DNA of 64,000 nt, from assembly GCF_000181795.1 (NCBI RefSeq), contig NW_003526945.1, forward strand, positions 597,492-661,491, given 5' to 3'. Below, piece by piece: positions 1 through 12,137 of the stretch (positions are counted from its first letter, which is position 1; every line of letters begins with the position of its first letter). This DNA comes from Trichinella spiralis. Its lineage: Eukaryota. Below the pieces are notes generated by a model, which saw only the letters and a list, made by a program, of their open reading frames with translations, did no database searches and was not told the origin of the DNA. A program made the position numbers and the translations under genes.

Positions 1-991
1 TGCAAGCAAAACTTCCTTTCAATCTCTTTTCCAATTTTCTCAACTTGATCTAATTTTATGCTGTACGAAAAAACAATTATGCCCACATTTATCATTCCCT
101 ATCAAAAATGCAATTTAAATTGAACAGTTTAAAAAAATTAATTTTTTTCTTCTGATAGCACATTAGAAATCATCAATGATCAGTAACTTTGTTACCAAAC
201 TCAACAAAGCCATAACAACTCTTAATTTCAAACATTTCTTTTTATGTTCAACTGAAATCCACTTTTACAATCATCAACGTTAATATGATTTAAACATGTT
301 TGTCCACAAATCAAATATTACAGCATATAATAGAACATATACAAAAGCAAACGTTATTAAAATCACAAAAAGGCCAATCAAACAGTCAGTTGGCCAACTA
401 GTTTTAAATGATTCTATTTAACGAATGAATCATTAACTTGAATAGGCAAAGTATGAGTAAGAAATTGGTTATTTTCTACTACAAAATAATCCACCTCCTT
501 TATTCCACTTTTCTTCACCATGTATCTCGTGATGGAAAATTTATGAATTACAAACATATAATAAACTAAAACCTGCAGTGTTGAACATATTTTTCATACT
601 TTTCAAATTATATTTGTCTACTTTACAATTCTACAGTACGCTTAAAAACACTGAGTGACTAACTCAGTGCTGAGAAACAACAAACACTTCGGTATCACAA
701 TATATTGAACTACAATTGCAAAAGCAAATTTTCGCAGAATCGATGTGAAAAAAAAGAAAAATTGAAATTAAAAAAAGTAATACCTAATAAAAGAAAAAGC
801 ACAATATACCAGAATAATATTAAATTACAAGAGATGCAAAATAAAGCGGAAAGTTTGAACAAAGTACCAAATAACTGGGAACGGCAAAAGTATGTTCGTT
901 TACTTGAATGTAAACTCATAAATATAAATCAATTAGATTCAGCAAAAAACTGAAAACACCACTGGTTAAATAAAAGAAAAACATCTCTTAC

Positions 992-1319
992 CGGTAGTTT
1001 TAACTTCGCCCAAAGCATTGCCTAATTGTTCAGATGCTTCAGGATTGTCGTGAATGATTTCGGATCCTTTTTCGACAAACTTTTGTATCGCTTTGTCAAC
1101 GGCTGCAACGAGAATCTGTGCTTTTTGCACACGATCCTTTTTGCGTCTTCCAGTCGGCACCCTATTACTTGCATCATTCCTTGCACACAACGTTGTCACT
1201 TGAGCAACCAGCGGCTGCAGTGTCCGTTCGATGCTTTTCGTTCTTATTTCGTGATTTTCCAAGTTCCATTTCAACGAAACATTGCCTTTAGTATTATTCT
1301 GCAAAACGCTGGACGGCAT
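992..1319 (-). CDS. hmp-1: Alpha-catenin, first coding exon (rest of the gene continues beyond the window start)
   Basis: MPSS...SLKWNLENHEIRTKSIERTLQPLVAQVTTLC...KAQILVAAVDKAIQKFVEKGSEIIHDNPE...EVKTTG matches the alpha-catenin N-terminus (LKWDPKNLEIRT..VEKTLEPLV.QVTTLV). ATG at 1319; phase-1 donor G|GTAAGA after 992. No phase-compatible next exon found in 1-991. Confidence 0.9.
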
Positions 1320-1776
1320 TTCCACTAAATGAGTAATGCTTTCAAATGACAAGCGTTTCAAACGGTCAGCAATAAAAGGTGAACAACATCGCCCACCAAG
1401 GCTGTTCAACCCACGTGACCTTTCTCGTACAGTAACCGATTAAAAACAATCAAGCATTATTTTTCACTGCACTATGGTAAATTATTTTTCTGAATTAAAT
1501 AAAACAACGAAAAAAACTTTTTACTATATAAAATTAATTTCGTTTTTACGATCAAAGCTTCTGTCAGGCAAAAGTTATAAAAATGTAAACATATTATAGA
1601 ATTTCAATCAGCGTAGGTTAAACTCAATGAAACAAAGCTTACTTTCGTTGATATGCTCTCGTAAAACAAAAAATTTCGTTACAAAATACTGACGTTGCGG
1701 GAAACAATTAGACAAAAGTCATGACTTGATATAACGACTATGCACTGTACACTTAATGTAGAATTGGCATTCCAGA

Positions 1777-2376
1777 ATTTCTAACCTTTTGACTGTTTTA
1801 TAACAATTTTGTTGTTCTCAGATTGAGGAAAGTAAGAGAATGAAATTACTATAAAAAAATAAAAAAAAACAATACAATACAATACAGATACAGTGCAATG
1901 CAGTACAAACATAATATAATACAATAAACCACTTGAATGGTCGCATTATCCTTTATCTTACCGAATTTTTATGCTTTCAGTTTATATTGCATTTAAGGTT
2001 TTTCTTATAATTTTAATAATGAGTAGAACTGTTTTCCCAAAGGGAACTTCGCCTGCTTTTTCACATTTAAATGAATGGTTGTCACTCTAAGAAGTTCCAT
2101 TTGTTAAATATTCGTTTTCTATCAATGGTAAGTTTTCTAATTCAAGGTTTCACTGTTTTTAATTTATCTAATTTATGCAATGAACATGGAAACAAAAATA
2201 CCGCCAAATTCTTCCATAGGTGTTATTTACATTAATGCAATATAAAAATCGCCATTTTGCTCCAGTCTGTATTGTATTGTATTGTTTTCCTTATTTTTTC
2301 ATAGTAATTTCATTCTCTTACTTTCCTGAATTTGAGAACAACAGAATTGTTATAAAACAGTCAAAAGGTTAGAAAT
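1777..2376. mobile_element. Foldback/MITE-like element with ~110-bp inverted arms
   Basis: 1777-1888 (ATTTCTAACCTTTTGACTGTTTTATAACAATT...CAATACAATACAGA) is the near-perfect reverse complement of 2266-2376. The ~380-bp spacer is non-coding. No clear target-site duplication seen. Confidence 0.65.
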
Positions 2377-2426
2377 GAAATTTGACAAATAGAATGAAAT
2401 GAAATTTGACAAATAAAATGAAATAA
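2373..2426 (+). repeat. Short tandem repeat (AAATGAAATTTGACAAATAGAATG-like units) running into an assembly gap
   Basis: About two copies before the N-run. A related unit recurs near 2702-2730, and a fragment of the inverted arm (AACAGTCAAAAGCTTAGAAA) recurs near 2523-2542. Confidence 0.6.
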
Positions 2427-2487
2427 NNNNNNNNNNNNNNNNNNNNNNNNNNNNNNNNNNNNNNNNNNNNNNNNNNNNNNNNNNNNN
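2427..2487. other. Assembly gap (61 N)
   Basis: Run of N in the sequence. Confidence 1.
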
Positions 2488-5400
2488 ATCTGTGCTGCAT
2501 TTACAAAATATGAAACAAATCAAACAGTCAAAAGCTTAGAAAGCAAATAATACCAATGGAAAAAAATGAAGAAATTCAAAAGCAATCAGCACAGCAGGGC
2601 AAATAAAATACAATACAATAGTAAAAATAGATAAAAATAAAAATTGACATCTCATAGCAAATAAATCTTTACCAATATCAATCAACAATTAGTAATTAAT
2701 AAAATGAAATAATATTTGACAAATAAAATGCAAAGGAATGACAACAAATGAAATTTACAGGCACGCGTCAGAGCAGCAACCAATGAAATTTTACTGCGAA
2801 AAAGTAGGCGGAGTCAGCGGGGAAATAGGGTCTACCCCATTATTTTTCATCATTGTAATTTTCTAAAAAGCTGGATACTCGAATGGGACGAAAAATAACA
2901 GATGAAAGGACAGACAGATAGTCAAGCAAAGACTGAAAAGCATGATATTTCGTTTCGTGTATGATAGGAGCCTTATACATACAAAAAAAAATACAATTCT
3001 AACTAAAAGAATTCAAAATACAACTTAAAAAACATTGAGTCGAATATTTTCCCGCATACAATCAATTACAACAAATAACAACACAATCGTAATTGTAAAA
3101 CAGTTAGAAGATAAACATGATTCTCATCAGACCACAACATCCAGCAAAATTGCTGTAACAGACAGAGCTTTATGAATAAAAAGTAAAATCAATACAACTC
3201 GTTAATTAATATAGTATAGAATAGTTCAAATATTCTTGAATCTATCCAAAAGCTAATAAATACGTGTTCAAGACACACAGTAGTCGATTTTGAACATGAA
3301 AACGTTTACTTGTAAAATAAATTATTGTAAAAGTAATTTGCATAAAAGAAAATGCACAAAATATTTAATTTTCATAATAAAAATATGTCCTGAATGCAGA
3401 TCGCGAAAAATGTTATAAGGAATTTTTATTTCATTTCTACTGGCAGGTAGAATGGTTGATTGCTCTCCATCTACTGCTGCCTGATCTAGCAAAATCAGCA
3501 CGCCTAGAAACTATACATACATAACGATTGCGCACACGCACGCCTACATGCGTGAAGTGTTGCATGCCTGAAGGGGCTGAAAACAGCAAGATCAGCACGC
3601 CTAGAAGGTACAACCTGATGCTATCGCAATACCTTCAATAGTGAGGCAATGGGGAAATCCATTTTTTTTACAAAAGCGTAAAAACGTTTGCTATATAATT
3701 GCGCTGCAACTGAGCATTAAAGCTAAAAATGTAAAAGCCAGACAACTGCTCAATGAATAATGTAGGAGTTTAATGACCAAAATTATAATACAATTGCAGT
3801 CGATATTACTGGTGAAACTGAAAGCATAAATTCAAGTTCGGCAAGATTAAAATAAACAAGAAAGTGGTGGTCAGCATCTTCATGCTTACAATCATTCCCA
3901 GAGAAAGGTAGAAAGAATATTACAAGTTGAAAAAAAATAGCTGCATATATGATTTTGGCCACTAGATCCCACAACGTACATTAACGCAACGATGTGAATT
4001 TTTATTACTAGATAGTAGAAATGACAAAATGCCCATTTTCAGACGTGAGAATCATTGGGTTAATTTGCTGATGTTCACTGTTTAACAAATGTCAAACCAA
4101 TTTAAAGATAATTGATTGCATTTGTGGGAAATTAAATAAACACAAAACTCAAGCTTTCACAAAGCAATGCAGGGAAAATCCAATTCGTATGCAAATTTTC
4201 ATAATTTCACTGATATCTGAATTGCTTTCGTGTAACTTATCAGAAAATGAATTTACGTGCAAATCGAAAAGTCATGTTTCATAATTAATATATGCTCTTG
4301 TTTATGAATCTTATTTGAAATATTAGAATAGAAAAACAATAATAGTAATAATAAATACGTGGCAAAAAATAATTAAACAATAGCTACGGTTTGAAAAATG
4401 CAACAAACATTCAGATGGAAAAATTTAACCAATGGAAATTTCGAAAATTCAAAAATGACCTACATAAAGGGAAGTCATCAATAAAAAAATGCGCGCGAAA
4501 ATAAGAGCACTCAGGCAACGCGCGTTGACAAAAGTAAAATTCAAATTCACCCAGACAGAAGAGAGAATGAAACGAACTTGAAATTTTATATTCAAATGAA
4601 GTTGAAAATGGCTGCTGAATGTTGAACAATTAAAACCCGCTTCGATCAGTTCAAAACAAGCAAACGTCCAAGATGTGGATAAGATAATTTTGATACGACG
4701 CTAATTTGCATAATACGGACACGAACTAACGCACCTAGTTTAGCTGAACTAACCTCAAACGTAGCAATTGAATTGGTTGATTTTTACGAAATATGTTCAA
4801 ATTTGCAAAAGCATATATTTATTATTGAAAATTAATTCTGAAGAGAAAAAATTGAAATATTCATTACCTTTGAGATTCGCTTTATTTTTTTGATAGTTCT
4901 CTTTTATTAGAAGTTATTATTGGGAGTGACGATTTGAAATGAAAAAATTCATTAAAATGATGTAAATAAATAAGTGAAGAAATGTCCTGTTGAATACTCG
5001 CAACCAGTTCAACTTGCCTCAATATGGCCAGCGAGTGCAACTTCTCTCTACTCTTTCTTCTTTTGATTGGTCCATTAATTTTTGTAACATTATTATTTTA
5101 TAATTAAGTATTGACTGTAAATGTTCATCATAATTACATTGATGAACGTTGTAAATTTATTTCTATGCAAATCAGATTCTTTTTGTTGAAAAAATAAAAC
5201 AGACTAAAATTTATAATATTATGCGTTCATTGGTTGAAAATTTCCAAACTGTCTTTTCAATTTTAATGGCTAGCGTAAAAAATTTTTTAAATTGTTGTAT
5301 CATGTATATAATCATGTATCATGTTTTGTTTATATCATACATATATATATATATATATATTGTCATGAGGTGTTGTAAATAAGATTGTACTGAAGGATCA

Positions 5401-7255
5401 ATAGCAGATGTACAGAGTTATCAATTACGTTGTTGTTGTTATAATATGAGTTTGTTTTTCCAAAAAGTTTTAATGCTTATTTTTATTGTTTATATTTCAT
5501 ATGAATATATTTTGGTAGCATTTTACCTTGGACAGTTTGATATTGCAATTGTGTATGTATATACAAATGCTGTGTAAATTAATTATTTATTTGTTGCACT
5601 CATTTTCATGCTGAAATAAATAAAAGTCATTAAAAAGTAAGAAGTAGCTAAATTCATATAGTGAATAAACTGAAAGATAATAGAAGTTTGTGAAATTTGA
5701 CAAACGTAGATGAACAGCAGAAGAATAAAAAGAGAATCAACTAACCGACGTACAAACAAATCCAGACGGCAGAATGACGAAAGCAGGTCAATGCAAAAAA
5801 AGTAGGCGCCAAGACGAATCAGAATCGACCAATCAGAAAGGCCTTGTTCATGTGCATCCATTGTTCAAAGTGTTGTATTTATTTAAACGCTACACACCAG
5901 AAAGAAAATTTTTAATTCATAGAATTTAAATTATAAAATAATATGTGAACAACAATTATGATAAAATAAAAATCAAGTTTGAAAAAATTTGAAAATTATT
6001 TTCATAGCAGTATCCTTATTGCCCACAAAGTGAACTGTAGATGTACAGTACGCACTGACAAATTGGTAAAACATTTATTTGCCGCATGGGGAATGTTGCT
6101 TATTTTGTCATATTTTGCTGATTATAATATAACATTTGGTTTATAAATGTTATATTCATAATGCGCCAAAAATGGCATTTACACTAGTATTTTGTTAAAA
6201 TACTGCAGAACAAATTACAATAGATAAAATTATGTATGGAATTGTTTTTGATAAAATAGAACAATTGTATAATTTTTGAATAACTGATCATAATATGAAA
6301 GTCAACTTACAACGGTGAAAATGCAACCTTCTGTGTGGCAAGAACAGCAGATATCAATGTAATGAGTCATGCAAGAGAAAGAAAAAGAATTCAGTAAGTG
6401 ATTACTGTTGCTTTTACTGTTGTTGTTGTTGTTGCTGTTAATGCGTATAAGTACAAGAGGTGAAAATTTATTTGCAGACTGTTTCATCGTGGAAATGATT
6501 TTCTCAATTTTTACTTGACTAATTGTGATGAATTATTGAAATCACTTGTAAACAGTGAAGTGATATACGATTCGTGTACATAAATAATTAGTTATGTAAC
6601 GTTGGAAAAATATGTAATCCATTGCCACTGAAGAAGCAAATTTATTGTAGAGCATGAAAGTTAATAAATGATGAAAAATAAGCTATTGAAAAGCTTGCTT
6701 TTATGGCAGCGAAGATAACAACATATTATTGAAAAGAAACAGCGGGCGAGTTTGTAACTCGGCTAAAGAATGTTTTTCTTTTCTTTTTTTGGTAGCACAG
6801 AAAAAAACGCTAAGTTAATGGAAAAATAGAAGCTTTGAGCCAGTTTTTGCATGATAACAGAATGCCGTTTTGGCAGTGACTCAGTAGGAAATCGAAAATC
6901 ATTACCGAATTTTAGAAATGAATAAAAATTGAACGATTGGAATAAGATCAAAGCAAAAAGAAAACCGGAGAAAATATAAGGCAGTGTAATAATTGGAAAG
7001 AAAAGAATAAATAAGGCAATTTTGAATTACATAAATGAAATAAAATATTGGTATAAATGGCAGGCAGCAATAAGTAAGCAAATTGTGGAAAAAAAGCAGA
7101 GAACCGTTGCGGAAAAGGGTAAATGAATTGTGTTTTTCTTGGCAATGGTGACCGGTTGGCTTGGATTTGATGGAAAAAAATGAAAATGACTAGCTTATTA
7201 GTTGAAGAATTATGCTTTTGTGAAGATGAAGCTGAATCGCTGGTGAAGAATTTCT

Positions 7256-10200
7256 TCAAAAATTTTCCGATCGTCTATGCAAATGACGCAACTTGCGCAA
7301 CACTTTGAATTTTCTTCTGCGCTTTTTGCTTCCTTTTCCCCAAGCGCCAATGATGAACGACTCTATATCGCAGTGGTTTTCACCACGTAAAATACGGAAT
7401 AGTCCATTTTCACCCCATTCTTCTCCCCAAGAATTTGCACACAGCTAAAATAAGGAAAAATATTAATATTTCATTTTAAACTTTTCAAAACTTTTGCGAT
7501 ATTACATACCCAATATTTAATAGGAACTCCAGTTGAATGATCGACACCCCAGCTTAAAGAAAACAAATATCACTGTATGGATATGGTCGACACTGCACGC
7601 ACAGCTTACCCCAGTATGCGAACTGAATGGTATCCAGATCTTGCATAGGCAGGTCCTTTGTCGTTCGCGTATGGAAGATGTTGATAAACGCCACTTTTGT
7701 ACATGAAGAAATCTTCGTGTACCAAAAATGTTGCTAAAAAACGTAAGCAAATGATCAACTGTCGGCATTAAACGAGCATTTTCATTATTTGCTCAAGTTT
7801 TGTTAATTGAAGTGTAAAGCATAGTGGTAAAATTATATCGACGCACAAATTAACTGAGCAGCAATAAGATTCTTTTTATGTAAATAAGCACGTCCGATTT
7901 GGAAATAAAAAAAATACAATTCACCAACCTTGAACAGGTCCATTAGCCATAATTTCAGTCATGATTTCTCTTTCCTTAATAAAATATATCAAGTCACTAT
8001 TGTCATTTCACTATAGGTTATTGATAATTACGTTCGTGGAAATGCGATACGGTGGTGTCATTTTGTAAACACGATTATCAGCTGAGCCAGATGGACAACG
8101 GATTTCACCATCCAAGTATGCAGTTCGTGGAATATGGCATTCTCCTGGTTGATTAGTTTGACCGCTTGTATACGTATAACATTCATCAGAGACAACACTA
8201 AAAAGGTACGATTATTTTTTTATTTTATTATTATTCGAATGGAATACTTGAACAGTAGAGAGAAATTAAGTTATTATATTTATTCATATTTTCAACAAAC
8301 AGTAGCAGTAGAGAGAGAGAGGGGGGGGAGGGTGAAGGGGGAAGAGTGCAGTGAATAAAAAAAATATTATATTTACCCAAATTTTCGAATATACCACCAA
8401 GCACGATCCAAATAGCCTCCATTGCAACCTCGTTGTCGAGCTTGATTGCACGAGAGAAGTTGTTGAACTGACAATGGGTTGTAAAATTTTCCGCCAGATT
8501 GTATAGCTAGACGGTCAGCTGATACGGCTGAAAGTATAAATTAATTAATTGTTTGATTTGTTAAATTTAAGTTTGCTTTTTTTAAACTGGAACAGTTGAA
8601 ATGAAAAATGTACATTTCAATGAAATTGGCAGAGGTAGATTGTGTGTGTGTATTTTTTTCTGGATGAAATTTCACCAAAAACTTTTCCACTGTTGCAAGG
8701 AATTTACAGTCATGTTATCTTAATTTATGGTCTGTCAGAAAGTTTAATGACAAAGTTGTCATTAAATCCTATTACAAATGTGAATGCAATGATTCACTTA
8801 GCTGTGTGACTAGCTTTGTATAAACAAAATAGAAGACGAAAGAAATATAACAGTAAAAATAAAAGCCCCTTTTATAGATGCAAGGTTAATTTCAGTTGAA
8901 ATTATAAAATTTTATATTTCAACAATAACAACAACGATGATAGTGAGAATAATCATGGATTAATTTTGAAAGAATCTGTTTTCTGTGTTTTACTGTTTTT
9001 CATTTTATGGAGGGAAAATGGAACTTGTTGATCAGTTTAATTTTACAAAAGGAAAAGTATAAAGGCCATATGTAAAATGATGCTCTGAATGAATTCAACT
9101 CGTTCAGTATTCTTCAGTGTTTACTTTTACCACGTGCACATGGTAAACAGAGATGGACGTTGAACATTTCAGAAACAATAATACTCTGACGAAGTGAATT
9201 GACAATCTGTTACACGAAATTGAAGCTAAATTTGACACGATTTTGCAAACTGAAAAAGTCTCTTCAAATTCCCATCAAACAGATTTGTCTACATTTTTTT
9301 CACATATATTTTTCACTTTTGACTATCATTTTTACACTTGTTTTGAGGAAAATGCTAAAAGCGTTAATCAATATTTTATCATCTGTAAGCAAAGAAATCA
9401 TCGTTGATTTTCTTTAAGAAATACATTTACTGATGATGTAGAATGTGAAGAGTGGAAAATTGTATTATGGAAAATGGAATATGTTGTTATAATTATTTAT
9501 ACGTTTATATGTTGGTGAGATAATTGGGCAAGTTGAATTATATTGCATTGTCTTTTTAAAGGAAACGCACTAGTGATATGAAAAAAAAACTTGCTAAATC
9601 CCGGTTATATTTTTTGTGAAATGAGGTTCATTTGAAACCGTTTGAGATTAGTTGCATTCTACCCTTTAGCAGAGCTTGTTGTTTTGCTTACCAGTTGTTG
9701 AGAAAGCCCAAGACGAGGCACAGTCTCCTTGATCACGTACGGGATGAATAAAGCTCGGCCAGCGTTCACGAGCATCAAATGATTCTGGTAAGAAGTTGCT
9801 CATTTCGATCAGTATTTCATTCATATTTTTCACGCTTTTCTCTGGTAATAAAGTTCCCAATCTGTAACTGAATCCTTCGTCGAGTGTTTTTCCCCAAAAT
9901 GTTGAATAATTGGCACTTGTCCAACTGAAACAGAAATTCACGAATTATTATCACACAATAGTTTCAAGTGATGGGATTTTTCTTTTTGGTTGACCATTCC
10001 GTCGTACCTGTTCCTTTCGTGTAGCATTCTTTCCAAGATATCTTCCTGAATAAGACAAATGGTTTTGTTTCTACACTGAAATTCATACTTGTTGCCAACT
10101 TGAATGCACGAACTGAAATAATTCGATATATACAAGGAATGAATGTATTGTACAACATCATAAATCCAACCATGTATTGCAATTTATACGATATGGTCCA

Positions 10201-12137
10201 CCAGGTGGATATGTAGCTCCAGTGCTATCTTTGCAGCCGTCTAAAATGGAATGGAATGAAATGAAATTATTATTCATTGGCAATAAATTAAATTAAATTA
10301 TTGAAAATAAAAATAATTTTCCTTGTCTCCTTGGGTAAAAGTGCTTCTTTGATGATATAATCCATTTGAAAATTTGAAATCCTTTGTTAAAAATTTAATG
10401 GTAAAATATTGTCGTCGTTTGCATAAGTTTATTTATGAAGGGAGATGTGAATTTTTTTTCTCATTTTGTTATTCAAATCAATAAATTCATCGATTTGAAT
10501 AATAAGGAAAGAAAAACTGTACTTACAAGTTGCATGCGTGCAATTGTTTACGACTGTGCATTGTAAGTTGTGAATGGATGTTTAATTTTAACGGTAATTT
10601 GTTTGCCTGTTTTGTTTGCCGAACAGTATAAAAGGTGTTTGTTTGCAGTGCTAGTGATTTAACAAAACAAAATAGATTAAATGAACAAGCAAGTTGTGAG
10701 CATTTATTTACTCAAGAAATGGAGGCGCCTAATTTTCTTTTTACTACTTTTTCACATCTTTGTAGAAATTATAATATATTCATGACGTAGCTGTTGGAAA
10801 ATCTAGTCATAAGCATAAAAAAGCTTTTCTTCATTCCGTGTTCTAGTTATCAAGAACTTGTTGTCATTTTATTTTTGTCGTTGAATTTTAAAAAAAGAGC
10901 AAAACAACATCAACAACAATTCAGAAGTCAAGTTTTCATCCTGGTGAACGTATTAAAACCAACAAAACAGCTATTCATCAAGTTGAACGTATTTATGCAA
11001 ATTCTCACTCTGCCTATCATCAATTACTGGGATGGATGATTTTACTTGTTATATGAAAAATTTTCTCTTTCGCTTCTGAAATTATGTTTCCAAATCTTTT
11101 ATGAAGTTAGTTATAAATTAAAAAAGAAATTAGCGATTAGAAATTTAAATTTAAACTGAACTGTATTTATCTAATGTCAAAAGATTTGCTTGTTTATTTT
11201 TTTGTTCGAAGACTGCTATTTTTGTTGCTTGAATGATTTTCCAATTCTGTTGTAAATACTATTATTATTATTATTATTATGTGAATATTGATCGATTTGG
11301 CTTAAGCTTTGAGCAGAGAGAATTGGGAAAGAAATTCAACGTAGAACGGAGCAATTTAGCACTTCCGCATTCTTGACTGTTTTCTTCTTCACTGCTGCTA
11401 GATAAGGGTTATGGAAAATTATTCAAATTTTCAGCTAAACATTAGCATATCATTTGTTGACATTGAATGAAATTGATAAACCTTGCCCACGCAAAAATTG
11501 CTCTTCATTGCCAATAGATATGATATAATTTCATAGATATATATGTTTCAGCAAATAGTTTTCATTAGTTGATAGTATATTTTACAAATGGAAAAGCTTT
11601 TTTTTAAAAAAATAGAATTACAGATGAGAAAGAATTTCATTTAATTGCTTATTTGAATTCATTGAAAAACTAACCTCTTTCTTTTTCCTTATTCTTTTTA
11701 ATAATTGCTATTTCGAATTCTGACAAATTGATTTTTTCGTGCATTTATCGGGAGGCATTTTTAAATAATTCCAATTTGATTAATTAATGATAATGATGAT
11801 TAGACGAATAATAAAGGCAGATTGTTTGTTGTTAAAAAAATAATAATTTTCCATAATAAGCAACTTTTATATACTTACCTAATATGAAAGGAGTTGGTGG
11901 TGGTCGAAAGCCTTCGCAAACATATTTAAAATCAGGGCAACAGTCATCACCGTCTACACGTTTGCAGAAGTGATCACAATAGCAGAGGTGATTTCCCAAA
12001 ATGGGTACGGTACATTCGTCGTTACGGCTTGTGCAACATTGTTCCGGCTGTCTAGTTAGGCAATAGTCACCCGGTATTCCTTGAAATCCATATTCAGCGG
12101 CAGTGCTTAGCACGAATGTGAGAAATAACAGCAACAT
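7256..12137 (-). CDS. Tubulointerstitial nephritis antigen-like (TINAG/TINAGL1/Swim) secreted protein: somatomedin-B-like domain plus inactive cathepsin-B-like C1A domain, ~461 aa
   Basis: Exons 12137-11879, 10240-10171, 10112-10008, 9924-9692, 8527-8377, 8197-8032, 7974-7929, 7733-7610, 7552-7510, 7444-7256; all GT-AG and phase-consistent (1386 nt). Signal peptide [14 protein letters not shown]; Cys-rich CYCDHFC...[29 protein letters not shown] (catalytic Cys replaced by Ser); [36 protein letters not shown]. An upstream acceptor near 12272 and an earlier in-frame ATG make the exact start uncertain. Confidence 0.93.

Noticed and set aside
1..63. Minus-strand open stretch IKLDQVEKIGKEIERKFCL after a CAG, as candidate alpha-catenin exon 2
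   Set aside because: Phase is incompatible with the phase-1 donor at 992, and it does not resemble the expected alpha-catenin continuation.
3494..3606. 16-bp direct repeat ATCAGCACGCCTAGAA (3494 and 3591)
   Set aside because: Only two copies with no array or element structure. Not CRISPR-like, and the context is eukaryotic.
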